Assembly: GCF_009914755.1 (NCBI RefSeq)
Contig: NC_060927.1
Source of the DNA: the human T2T-CHM13v2.0 reference genome, Homo sapiens
Strand: one strand, 5' to 3'
Length of the DNA: 64,000 nucleotides
The notes beneath the pieces were generated by a model. The model searched no databases. It worked only from the letters and a program-made list of their open reading frames with translations, and was not told where the DNA came from. The position numbers and the translations under genes were made by a program. This document shows, one piece after another, positions 1-12,275 of the stretch. The first letter of the stretch is position 1. Every line of letters begins with the position of its first letter.

Positions 1-508
1 TAAATAATAGAGAATCCTGATTCCACTTGGATAAGCCTTGTTTGAAAGTTGAACAGTCTGTCCATTCCTCCACATTAAAATATATTCCTGACTCCATTGT
101 GACTTACTGCACGCTGTCTGTTTGGGCCACATGGTTCTGAGCACCCACCCCAGTCACTTTTATTTTTTTCTATGTACTAGCATTGTACTAGTGGTTTTCC
201 TGAGGAATGTTATTTTGAAACATTGTAACAATCAGTTTGTTTATAACAATCAGTCTGTTAACCCATGTTTTTTTTTTTAGTTCCTTGTTATTAGTTTAGT
301 CTTCTGCAGTGCCCTTTGGCCCATCCCCTGGCCTTTCTACCCCTTCAAATTAGGCAGAAGGCATCCATTGCCTCAGAAAAAGGATGTTGAAAAGAAATCA
401 GAAGTAACAGTAAACTGTAAGTTTCAAAAATCTATTCTGAAACTTACCTGTTAATACTTTGAGAAAAGTAAGATTAAGTCTCAAAGGTCAGGATTAAAAT
501 TTTTTGAC

Positions 509-665
509 TTTTATTTTTAGAGACAGGGTTCTGTTCTGTCACCCAGGCTATGGTGCAGTGGTACAGTCATTGCTTACTGCAACCTCAAATTCCTGGGCTA
601 AAGTGATCTTCCCGCCTCAGCCTCCTGAGTAGCTGGAACTATAGGCAAGTGCCATTGTGTCTGGC
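509..665 (-). mobile_element. Alu right-arm monomer (FRAM/AluJ-like)
   Basis: T-rich tail followed by gagacagggtt...cccaggct...cctcagcctcctgagtagctgg (antisense Alu right arm); diverged. Confidence 0.85.
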
Positions 666-707
666 TAATGGAAGTCAAAATTTCGAGGTTAAAAAATTCA
701 TAACTCT

Positions 708-887
708 GGCTGGGCATGGTGGCTTACATTTGTAATCCCAGCACTTTGGGAGGCCAAGGTGGGAGGGTTGCTTGAGGCCAGAAGTTTGAGGCTGCAGTTA
801 GTTAGAATTGTGCCACTTCACTCCAGCCTGGGCAACAGAGTAAGACCCCGTCTCTCTAAAAATAAAACGAAATAAAATAAAAAAATA
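708..887 (+). mobile_element. Alu monomer (left-arm start, right-arm end) with 17-bp TSD
   Basis: ggctgggcatggtggct...ctccagcctgggcaacagag plus A-tail; TSD aaaaaattcataactct at 691-707 and 888-904. Confidence 0.9.
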
Positions 888-1509
888 AAAAAATTCATAA
901 CTCTGAAGAACTAGATTATGAATCTTGTGGCATAAATAATACATTTGGAAGAATACTTGTTGAGAAGAGAAACTAGAAAAAACCTGAATAAATGGAGAAT
1001 ATTCTGAGTTTGACTGAGTTTATCCTGAATCAATGAACACTGCTTTTTTTGCTCTCAAGTGAAATGGGATCCAGCACTCAAGCAATAAATTAATTAAAAC
1101 ATAAGGAAATAAAGAAAATTATATTATTTGTATGTTTGAATTTGTAACTAGGGTTTGCACCCTTACATATCCTTCTGAAACATGCTGTTGCACTTATGGA
1201 GAGATATTGAAGCTGTTGTTACTATATTACAGTGTTCTCTTTGTAAGGCCGATAGGAAAAAAATTCTTGGGTCTCATTGTTGAGAGAGCTTTTCTTCCTC
1301 TGGGCAACTGGTTTATTTTTAGCCTGGGGAAACTCTGACTCATGAATCTGATTGAATGCCTCCCTTAACTGGCTGCATGAAAGCATGGTGTCAACTCTGA
1401 ACGCTGTCTTTTGCTGGGATCGAGTTTCATCTACTTACCTTATCCCAGTGACTATTCTTCTTCCCACTTTGTTTTCCTTTTGCCTTTATGTCTTTACTTA
1501 CTCTCAATC

Positions 1510-1922
1510 TGTTTGGACTTCCTGGGAAGCAGACTCTGAGGCAGTGTTTAAGGCGCAGGATGCCTATTAAGGAGCACCTTGGGGACCAACACCTGCAGAA
1601 GGGAGTGGAGAGGAATCAGTAAGGGGCAGGTGGAGAAACTGAGCTTCAGTGTCGCCCCAGTGATAGTCTCAACTGACCATGTGGAGAGCTCTGCAGGTAG
1701 AATGGTCCCTCAGAGTTGTCTCAACTTGGGCCTGAATGTCCAGGTCTTTACACTCTCCCATTAACTGTTCACTAGATGTCAGGTGCCCCAGGCATGACCT
1801 TGGCCAGGAGGCAGTCCTTGAGGGGAATGGCAGCTGAAGGCTGTCTGCCAACAGCAGTCCCAGCAGCTGGGGCACCAGGTCCTTCAGTGAGGGATGTTGG
1901 TGATGCATCAGTGCCCACCATA
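1510..1922 (-). mobile_element. ERVL-class solo LTR (LTR16-like)
   Basis: gggaagcagactctgag...cagctgaaggctgtctgccaacagcagtcccagcagctgggg resembles the reverse complement of LTR16 as remembered; GC-richer than flanks. Confidence 0.65.
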
Positions 1923-2329
1923 CTTACTTTAAAAAATCTAGTATATATTTCTACAAGAATTTGGAACAAAAACACCAATAAAATAAGTAATTAAAGTTAA
2001 GTGACTCTTGTTCTCATCCTTGCCCATTTATGTTGTCTCATCTTAAGTGTGATCCTGAGTCTTGGCATATGTCATTTCTCTTTTTTGACTGTGAGAGTGT
2101 GAAAGGCGAGGTCTAAAATATAAGAAAATTATATTCTTCCTTCAACATCCAGCATATCATCAACTCTTCAGTGGAGGTTTAGTTGACTCCCCAGGCAGAG
2201 CCAGCAGCCCCCTCCTCTGTCTCCATCATGCCCCCACATCACAGTGTTGTGATCTCCACACATCTGTTTCTTTCATGGGCAAGATGTCCCTCAAACCTGA
2301 TCCCTTTTGAATGCTCCTTTTATCATGAA

Positions 2330-3090
2330 TGGAGCTACCGCCAACCCACGGGTGCCGGGATTCTGGAGACAATTCCCGTCAATCACCAAGTCCTGCAATT
2401 TGCATTTCTAAAGTCTCTCTCTAACCCTCTATTTCTCTCCATTTCCAGTGCTGCTACTTTCTTTCAAGCTTTCGTTATACCTCTCACCTGGACTATTGTA
2501 ATAGCCTTCTATTTTTCTCTCAGTTTCTATTATTGCTTTCTCAGCAAACCATTCTCTACACAGCAGGTAGAACCATCTTACGGAATTGCAGATCTAATCA
2601 TACCATCCCTGTTTTAAACCCAACAGTAGCTCTCCCACAGCCTTCATGACTTGCCCACCTCCCAGCCTCACCACTCTCATCCACCACACTAGCCTGTTTT
2701 GGTTCCTCTAATGTGCTACATGCCTTTTCTCTCCAAGGTCTTCTCACATTCAGTTCTTCCTGGTCTGCTTTTCTTCTACCTCTCCCTTTGACTAGTAATT
2801 TCCTGTTCATCTTTCAGATCTCAGGCATATGTCTCTTTGTCCAGGAAGCTGTCCCTAACTTCCTAATTAGATCAGACCTCTCCTTTCACAATCTCATATC
2901 AGTTGTGCTTCTTTGTAGGATAGGTCGCATGGCAATTTCATAATTAAGATAATACTTTAACATTTTTCTCTTCTACTAGGATACGTATCCCACAAAGTTT
3001 GAGACATCTTGGTCACCTCAGCATTTCTAATGCCCAGCACAGGTCCTGCACATAGGAGATGTTTTATGTATGGATTTACTTATTAAATAA
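2330..3090. mobile_element. L2 LINE fragments
   Basis: Pyrimidine-rich L2-type phrases (ctctcacctggactattgtaatagcctt; cccagcacaggtcctgcacatagg). Confidence 0.6.
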
Positions 3091-3101
3091 AATATACTTA
3101 T

Positions 3102-3481
3102 TGTGTTGGTCCATTTGGGCTGCAATAACAAACTGTCTTAGATTGGGTAACTTATAAACAACAGAAATTTATTTCTCACAGTTCTGGAGGCCGAGAAGTC
3201 CAACATCAGGGTGCTGGTAGATTTGCTGTCTGGTGAGGGCTTGTTCCTCAGAGCTGGCGCCTTCTAGCTGTGTCTTCACGTTGGGAAGGACAAACAAGCT
3301 CCTTTTGGCCTCTTTTATAAGGGCACTAATCCCATTCATGAGGGCAGAACCCTCATTATCTAATCACCTCCTAGAGGCCCCACTTCTTAATACCACCACA
3401 TTGGTATTGACATATACTACTACCTAATGGTTTTAACATATAAATTTGGGAAGGGGGGTCACAAACATTCAGATCATAACA
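3102..3481 (-). mobile_element. MaLR solo LTR (MLT1A/MST-like)
   Basis: tg...ca termini; aaacaacagaaatttatttctcacagttctggagg and ataagggcactaatcccattcatgaggg motifs; 5-bp TSD-like cttat/tttat. Confidence 0.85.
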
Positions 3482-3574
3482 TTTATTTACTGAGTTTGTT
3501 AAAGGCATGGACAATTTATTTATCATTTTTGAGTCCCCATGCCCTAGTATATGTTGGATGCTCAGTAAATGGTC

Positions 3575-3820
3575 TCTCCTTTCCTTCCTTCCTTCCTTCT
3601 CTCTCTTTCTTTCTTCTTTCTTTCTTTCTCTTTCTTTCTCTTCTTTCTTTCTTTCTTTCCTTTCTTCTTTCCTTCTTTCTTTTCTTTCTCTTTCTTTCCT
3701 TTCCTTTCTTTCTTTCCTTCTCTCTTTCTTTCTCTCTCTTTTTCTCCTTTCTTCCCTTCCCTCCGTCCCTCCCTCCCTCCCTCCCTCCCTTCCTTCCTTC
3801 CTTCTTTCCTTCCTTCTTTC
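3575..3820. repeat. Compound polypyrimidine microsatellite (TTCC/TTTC/TCCC), expanded tail of the adjacent FAM
   Basis: About 245 nt almost purely C/T; source of the spurious F/L/S-rich ORFs. Confidence 0.95.
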
Positions 3821-3968
3821 TCTTGCTATGTTGCCCAGGCTGGAGTGCAGTGGTTATTCACAGGCACAATCATACTGCACTATATCCTTGAACTACTGGG
3901 CTGAAGTGATCTTCCTACCTCAGCCTCCTGAGTAGCTAGGACTACAGGCATGTGCCACCATGCCTGGC
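3820..3968 (-). mobile_element. FAM (fossil Alu monomer)
   Basis: ggagtgcagtggttattcacaggcacaatc retains the 7SL-like CCTGTGAATAGCCACTGC segment diagnostic of FAM. Confidence 0.8.
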
Positions 3969-5040
3969 TAATAAGTATTTGTTGAATGAATGTTTGAATC
4001 AAACTATGTAAAAGGTTGTCTTGGGGAAGAGGGAGCAGACATTATGTCTGGCTGCAGGAGGGAGAACCTGGACTAAAGGTTAGAAATGATGGAACGGCAG
4101 AATTTTTCAGAAAATAATTATATGGTATGAATAACCTAATGGGAATTATATTTGAACATTTCTATATTGTTGGGTTCTGAATGATCAGACGATTATGAAT
4201 AATTTTTATAATTTTAGTAGTTTTTGGTATTTTCTGCAATAAACGTTTTCATAAACAGAAAAAATTTATTTTAAAAAGATGTGAACTGATGATAAATTAA
4301 TGAGTTCTCTATCCCTAGAAGGGTTTGCGCGGTTGGGAATGCCACCTGCCAATGATGACAAGAAAGGGACTTCTCCATGGGGTGGAGAGGTTTGGCCTGG
4401 CAAGTGTTAAGATTCTTCCAACTCCAATAGCCTGTGATACTGTTAACTGAATGATAAATGCCAAATCTCCTTGCTTAGAAGAACTTGGCCTAGTTTATTT
4501 GGCTGCCTCACATTCTGCTAGTGGCTTCGTTACATTGGAACCTTACTGTGACACTATTGGCTACAGTGGAATTTGATTTGTATTTACCTGAGGATGGTAC
4601 AACTGCAGGATTTCTGGAGATGACAGTATTATAGTGATAACAAAAACATGAATATATAGGTAAGAGTTGTTTATGTGGAAAATTACATGATATCCCTCCA
4701 TGAAGAGTTTGGGGGAGTCGTGATGAAAATGTTCTCAAATCAACACATACCCTTAGTATTATGGTTAATTTTCCAAAACAGGCATTGCCAAACTGTGGTT
4801 TTGGCTAAATTTTAAAAATGGACCTTCTGATTTTTGTGTTTATGAGCTAGTTTGGCAAACAGAATCATTGTTTCTCTCTCTTAAGAGAAATGACATTTAG
4901 ACTATTTCCTCATATAGCAATAGCTCTGAATTAAGAGGGAACAGAACACTCCCAAAGGAAATCTGGTGTATAGAAGTGGATCTCCGTTAAGAATAGTGGA
5001 ACACACATAAGAGTTTCTTCTGATTACATGAAGTGCCAGC

Positions 5041-5066
5041 AGAGAGAGAGAGAGAGGAGAGGGGGA

Positions 5067-5120
<54 letters not shown>
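5041..5120. repeat. (GA)n microsatellite, interrupted
   Basis: About 80 nt purine-only AG repeat. Confidence 0.95.
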
Positions 5121-5124
<4 letters not shown>

Positions 5125-6251
5125 AGATATAAATAGAATATAAGATAATGAAGTAATAGGATTGATTTCTACAAAGCACATGTGAAAACAATAGTTCTGT
5201 TGTCATAATACCTGTGTGATAGTAAATGTGTGTTTATATATATGTGTGTGTGTGTCTTATAGATATTCTACTTAATGTTAGTGAAATGGTAGTTAAAAAT
5301 AAAACAAGGCAAAGAATAATTCTAGAATAATTCAAAAATGGAAAAATTAGAATTTACTTTTATTAGCACCCACTCCCCCTTAATTTCCAGTGTGGTCTCA
5401 TGGAGCACTGTTATTCCTAGGCATGCATTAGCCTACCATGTGTTTGAATACTTTACATTTTTACATTATTTGAAAATTTTATAACTCTTCTAGATTCTCA
5501 GTACCAAAATGAATTCTAATCCTTTTATTGCTTGAAAGACAGAAAAAATGCATTTTTAAATTTGATGTAAGATTTTCAAAGATTTGTCCATAAAGTCATA
5601 AATAAGCTATGTAAACACAATGCATCTGATTATCATTTTATAGAAAGTTCAAAGATTTCCATCCCCCCTGCTCTCAGAAAGTTTTTCTTTGAAGCAGACA
5701 AATTCAATAGTACTGGGGTGCAGGGGCAAGGGGCATGAGAAGAATGTTCTTGTGGAATGTCCTCTGCCAAGGCTGGGGTTCTCATGGCGGGACCCGGGAG
5801 CTAAGGTTATCATCAGAGCTGGTTGCCTGTTGTGCTTAGCACGTGGCTATAGGGCCTTGCATAACCAGGGACTAGAAGGACATTTATGAGGAGGTGTACC
5901 TGTTTCATCAAAGAACATTTAACAGAACCCCCCGCCCCCCCGCCGCCACTTCGCCTAGGCAAGTACCTGTAAAAATCAAGCCATAAGGGTGGTCTTGCTC
6001 TTCTGAAGTTCGTGCAACCCTCTGCCCATTCCACTCACTCTGCTCTGTGCCTTTCTCTGCTCTTCCCTGCTTCTCCAACTTCCGACTTGACTCTAGGCCT
6101 TGCCTTTCTACTCCTGTCTTTGGTATGGTTGACTTTGAAGGTGTCATCTGAAAATGCTCCTCCTACTTGATCTGGAATTCCTCCTCAGACACCATTCTAA
6201 GTTCACCTCTAGGGTCCCCAATCTGTGATAGTGGGTAAAAGACATATCATA

Positions 6252-7041
6252 TTTTTATGGTTTTGGGTTTTATATTTAAATCTTTAATCCATCTTTGGTT
6301 AATTGTTGTATATGGGGTAAGGAAGGGGTCCAGTTTCAATTTTCTGCATGTGGCTAGCCAGTTATCCCAGCACAATTTATTGAATAGGGAATCCTTTGTC
6401 CATTGCTTGTTTTTGTCAGGTTAGTTGAAGATCAGATAGTTGTAGGCGTGCGGTCTTATTTCTGGGTTCTCTATTTGGCTCTGTTGGTCTATGTGTCTGT
6501 TTTTGTACAACTATCATACTGTTTTGGTTACTGTATCCCTGTAGTATAGTTTGAAGTCAGGTAGCATGATGCTGCCAGCTTTGTTCTTTTTGCTTAGGAT
6601 TGCCTTGGCTATTTAAAATCTTTTTTGGTTACATATGAATTTTAAAATAGTTTTCTTTAGTTGCGAGAATGTCAGCAGCAGTTTAATAGGAATAGCATTG
6701 AATCTACAAATTGCTTTGGGCAGTATGGCCATTTTCATGATATTGATTTTTCCTATCCATGAGCATGGAATGTTTTTCCATTTGTTTGTGTCATTTCTGG
6801 TTTCTTTGAACAGTGGTTTGTAGCTCTCCTTGTAGAGATCTTTTATCTCCCTAGCTAGCTGTATTCCTAGGTATTTTATTCTTTTTGTGGCAATTGTGAA
6901 TGGGAGTTTGTTCCTGATTTGGCTCTTGGCTTGACTGTTGAATGCTAGTAATTTTTGCACATTGATTTTGTATCCTGATACTTTGCTGAAGGTGTTTGTC
7001 AGCTTAAGAATCTATTGGGATGAGACTATGGGGTTTTCTAG
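6252..7041 (-). mobile_element. L1PA ORF2 fragment, inverted 5' part of a twin-primed insertion
   Basis: ORF 6613..6960(-) gives [21 protein letters not shown]...[10 protein letters not shown], typical of L1 ORF2p. Confidence 0.95.
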
Positions 7042-8099
7042 GCACTATCATTTAGGACATAGGCACAGGCAAAGATTTCATGATGAAGATGCTAAAAGCA
7101 ATTGCAACAAAATCAAAAATTGACAAATGGGATCTAATTATACTAAAGAGCTTCTGCATGGGAAAAGAAACTAACAACAGAGTAAACAGACAACCTACTG
7201 AATGGGAGAAAATTTTTGCAAACTACGCACCCAACAAAGGTCTAATATCCAGCATCTATAAGGAACTTAAACAAATTTACAAGCAAAAAACAAACAACCT
7301 CATAAAAAAGTGGGTAAAGGACATAAACAGACACTTCTCAAAAGAAGACATACATGTGGCCAACACTCATGAAATAAAGCTCAGTATCATTGATCATTAG
7401 AGAAATGCAATTCAAAACCACAATGAGATACCATCTCACGCCAGTCAGAGTGGCTATTATTAAAAAGTCAAAAAACAACAGATGCTGGTGAGGTTGTGGA
7501 GAAAAAGGCACACTTTTACACTGTTGATGGGAATGTAAATTAGTTCAACCATTGTGGAAGACAGTGCAATGACTCCTCAAAGACTTAGAGGCAGAAATAC
7601 CATTTGACCCAGCAATCCCATTACTGGGTATATACCCAGAGGAATATAAATCATTCTATTACAAAGATGCATGCACATGTATGTTCATTGCAGCACTATT
7701 CACAATAGCAAAGTCATGGAATCAATCTAAATGCCCATCATTTGGGCAATGATAGACTGGATAAAGAAAATGTGGTTCATGGAATATCATGCAGCCACAA
7801 AAAGGAACAAGATCATGTGCTTTGCAGGAACAGAAAACCAAATACTGCATGTTCTCTTTTATAAGTGGGAGCTAAATGATAAGAAGACATGGACACATAG
7901 AGGGGAACAACACACACTGGGGCCTTTCGGGGAGTTGAGGGTGGAAGGAAGGAGAGGATCAGGAAAAATAACCAGTGGGTACTAGGCTTAATACCTGGAT
8001 GATGAAATAATCTATACTACAAATCCCCGATGACACAAGTTTACCTATGTAATGAACCTGTACTTGTACCCCTGAACTTAAAATGAAAGTGAAAAAATA
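7038..8099 (+). mobile_element. L1PA (older, about PA13-16) ORF2 C-terminus and 3'UTR
   Basis: ORF 7080..7400 [14 protein letters not shown]...EWEKIFANY; 3'UTR tactaggcttaatacctgg...atgacacaagtttacctatg; A-rich tail. Confidence 0.93.
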
Positions 8100-8469
8100 A
8101 AAAGACACACCGTGTGCACCCCTGCCTCCATCTCTGCTATCTTGGCCCATTCTTTACCCAGCTTCCCTTTCAGGAAAGGAAACTTGGACAAAGGAGAGCA
8201 CAGGCAGGGGGATATAGAGACCATAAACATGGCTTGTATGTGGACATCAGCCATCCTTAGTCCTGTCAAAAGAGAGGGTAAGCAACTATAGGCAAAGCTG
8301 ACCTCACACCTTTGAGGATGGGCGCACTGGGGGCATTTTAATCATTATGTTTTAAAATTTGTTACATTTGCAATATGCTCTACTGTTCACAAAAATGTTA
8401 ACATACAGTTTTGATTACTGTGAAACAAACCTGTGTGGAACTCTTAATACTTCCTTCTGCTAACTGCTT

Positions 8470-8790
8470 TACATTTTCTTCCCCCACATTTAAATATCTC
8501 TGAAATTAGTACATGTTTTACAATCACTATGCAGTGGGAATGGCTGTGATGGGGTTTCTGTTGTTGCCTATTGATGTGCAAATACTATCTTAGCTCTTTG
8601 TGTTGTCACATCCATTCAGATATGTGGATAGTTGACAGCACACGGGCTAATTGCTGTTTACTATGTCTTAAACAGGTTACAATTTGGTTTGACTTTGAAA
8701 CAAAAAGTTATCATGTACACAGAAAAGCACAGAAGCAGAGGAGTGGAATGAAGTGTGATATTAGTGAACGAAAGAGCCAACATTGAAGTG
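8470..8790 (+). mobile_element. TcMar-Tigger DNA transposon fragment (Tigger13a-like)
   Basis: cacatttaaatatctctgaaatt...ttacaatc, and frameshifted KVIMYTEKH..KCDISE resembling a pogo/Brinker-type DNA-binding domain. Confidence 0.5.
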
Positions 8791-10439
8791 ACCACAGTTC
8801 CATATGGTCTTGCAAAGCAACCACTGAATGTTTTGCCTAAAAAGGAAGACATCAACATGTAATTATCATTAAGACATGGTATCATAGTTACTTAATGGTA
8901 CATAAAAACTGGAGTGTCTTTTTCAAGCACCTATTATGTTAAAGGTTCTCTGCTGGTTAAGGTTATAGGTTTTGTGCTTTTGCACGACATGTGTGTCTCA
9001 CATCAATTCCACTCTGTGGATAATATTATCCCCAAACCAGGGATGAAGGATGAATAACTGTCTCAGGTTGGTAATCTAGTTTTGATAGAGTGAGGGATTG
9101 ACTCTTCACGTGCCCAGAGCCTGTGCCCCTTTCCCTACCTTGGTAGACGTCTTCTGGATTTTCCAACCCCTTTGTCTTTCAGGAGCATCTTTGGGAAGGA
9201 TTTGTTCCAAAGGATCTATACTCTGGTGCTATTCTGAAACAAGATGACAGTTTGTTTTTTTCTTGGTTTCTCTTCTAAAAATTTAGATTTTGGGAACTGG
9301 AAATCCTTATTAGGGCATTTAAACCATGGTATTTATTTGTCTGCAATGCACTTTGAATTCAGCTCACATTCTCTCACCTTATCTCACAATTGTTTCCTAA
9401 AGTGGGTAATGCTTCCTTAAACATGTAATCCTTATTTATGTCTGAGAATAAGTCATCACCACAAACAGGTCTGTGGGTACCTATGGAAAGTAGGTGAGTT
9501 GGAGATGACCCAGTAAATGCCCCTTGACATCACCAGCTAAGGATTTTCTAGAAAGCTCAGTATTAGAAAAGTATTGAACATTTGTTTTTACCAAACTCCA
9601 GGTTCTCAAGAAGTAGCTAGATAAGCTTCTCATACATAAACATTTATATTTCCAATGCTATCTGGGAGGGAAAAAGAATAAAAATTAAATTAAAATGAAA
9701 GCCACTTCAATTTCGGTCCATGATTATAATTTTATTCATACCAACATTTTTAAAGGTTTAAGCATGTTTAGGAAAGTGGTTTCTTCTTAGATCGGGAAGA
9801 AATGGCAGCCCTTTTGGGAAAGGCCGGTCTGTGGTAAACTCACCAGCAACCAGGGTGGAAGTGCCAGAAATATTCGCGGGAAGCTGATGATTCTGAGATT
9901 CCTAGTGTGATTCTGAACCCAGGAGAATTTACTTGCATTGGAATTATTGCATCATGGAATGAAACCAAAAAGTTCATTATTTACACTTCACACATTTACT
10001 TTTTTTAAGATCTGGCTCAAAGGCACTGAGAATTATGTTGTAGATTAGAGGCATCCAGTTAATTAAATCACAAGGACTTTGTAGCAAGTAGTAAAAATAA
10101 TTCTTTCCCCACAAATTGAGCTGAGGGGGCCATTCTCTTCTTTCTGAGGCCAAACATTCAGCATAACCACTGTTTTACCACGAGCTCTCTGCTGTGAAAG
10201 GTTTAAGCACACTGTTGGCATTCAAATTTTTAATAGCTAATGCAAGGTCACCTAATACTTTGTCAGTGTTTGTCTGTTACCAATTGTTCCTAATTGACTA
10301 AAACAGCTAGAGTTATTCACTGACTCTTAAGTATGGGGCGGTAAGTTTTAAAAGAATATTTAGAGAATCATTTACAACTATACTCATTCTCATCCTTTTC
10401 GTGCCCAACTTCACAGGAGTTGTCTGTCTGCAAGGTTAG

Positions 10440-12150
10440 TCCCCTATCTGTTCCCTGAATGTATACATCAAAATTAAATTTACCATCTGCTTATCTCTCA
10501 AAATGCTGCTTCTGAATTTTCTATTTCAGTGAATATCATCATTATCATCATCTACCAAGTTTCCCAAGCAAGCACCTAGGGATCAGCAGAAACTCTTTCC
10601 TTTCCATTCCCATACTCCAACTCCATCCAATCCGCCAGTGTTCTGTCCATTTAACTAAATCAGTATTTTTCCTGCCTGTTCATTTATCTCTATTTCCTTT
10701 GGTACTACATCAGTCCAGGTCCTCACTACCTTAGAAGAACCTCCCAAATGGTCTCCCTGCTACAATTTTTGATATTCTTATAATCCATTCTCTATACCAC
10801 TATTAAGATTACCTTTCTAAATGCAAATCTGCTTAAAACCTTTTAATGGTGCTTCATCATCTTATTTGTGATTTTTTTTTCTTTTTTATCTTTATTGCTG
10901 CCACACAAATTAATGCCTCATCATGTTAAGGAAAAAGTTTAGACCCTTGGCATGGAACCAAGTCCTAAATCCTGTGGTCCTGCAGGCCTTTTCAGCATGA
11001 CTCTGAACCATTTTCCATACACCCCTTATGTTTCAACCCTAGGGAAAAGCTTACGTTTTGCAAATGGACCATGTTCCTTCTCCCTCTTTTGCATTTGTAG
11101 CGTGGTTCACCCTACTGACCATTTGCTCCTTGTTTGTCCACAGCAATCCTACTAGTTCTTTAAGACTAGCTCATTTTCTATCACCTCTGGGAAGCAGTGA
11201 GGGAGTCCACTCTGAGTTTAAAGTCACTTACAATGGTGTCTTCTCTTGTGTTTCCACAGGACCCTGTGCATACCTTCATCAAGGCACTTGCTGCGTAGCA
11301 CTTATATTTCTGTTGTACGTATATGTCTCTTCCACTAAACTTTAAACTTCTTGAAGAGAAAAACTGTGTCTTTTATCTTTGTATCTCCAGGCCAAGCATG
11401 GCAACTGTTGCTTAGCACCTGCTCAGTTAATTGCTGCAGAATAAAGGAGTTTTAATCCCTTCCTATCACTTCTGGAAACTTTACTCAAGCAAAGTCATTT
11501 TTTTCCTCTTTCTTTCTGTATTTTTAACTCCTTCATCTTTCCCTTAATTCTTACTCATCTTAAAAAGAGCAAGAAAACACTTGCTCCATCTTAGCCCCTT
11601 CATCGTAGCCCCATTTTGTTGAAAGAATAGTCCAATTATTGCTTTAAAGTCCAAACCTCCCATTGACACTTCAGCCTACTAAAATTTGATGTTTACTCCC
11701 TCACTCAAATGGAATTGTTCTTCCCAATGACACCAATTGCTTCCTGATTGTGGAAGTCAGGCTTTATCTTAAGTGATTACTCTTCAGGATTTCAAATTGT
11801 TGCCCTGTTTTTCCTGAAAAATCCTTATTAATTTGGCTTTTGTGACATTGTTTCTCCTGGTCTACATAATCTCTCAACACTAATCAGATACACCAGCTGC
11901 CTTTACTTAAATGCTGGTGTCTCAAGGAACCCTTATTAATTCTTTTGTCTTCTTATTCTCTCTGGGTAATTTCATCTAATTTTGCATCTTTGGTGACTAC
12001 CTATATATCCAGTGATCCTGAATTTTGACCTCCAGAACTCTATTTCCAATGTGTAATAAATTCTGTGACTCACAATACCCTCAAACTTTACTTGTTAAAA
12101 TGGAATTGTTTCCTTTCGCAAACATGGCCCCTTTTATATTTCCTATCCTA
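10440..12150. mobile_element. L2 LINE fragments
   Basis: Degenerate L2 phrases (aatccattctctataccac; ctttctaaatgcaaatctg; atctttgtatctccag). Confidence 0.55.
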
Positions 12151-12275
12151 GTAAGTTAGCAGGAGGGTCAAGGTGTTGACCATTCATAATCTTTCTCCAG
12201 GTTTCTATACTAGACTACATAATCAATAAATTTCAAGGAAAAAGTTATCCCTTGTATGTAGCCCAACTTAGCTTT

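Noticed and set aside
3427-3935. Overlapping 111-154 aa ORFs rich in F/L/S/P
   Set aside because: Translation of a stop-free polypyrimidine microsatellite plus FAM; not coding.
6613-7400. L1 ORF2-like ORFs as functional genes
   Set aside because: Fragments of a truncated, inverted, mutated L1.
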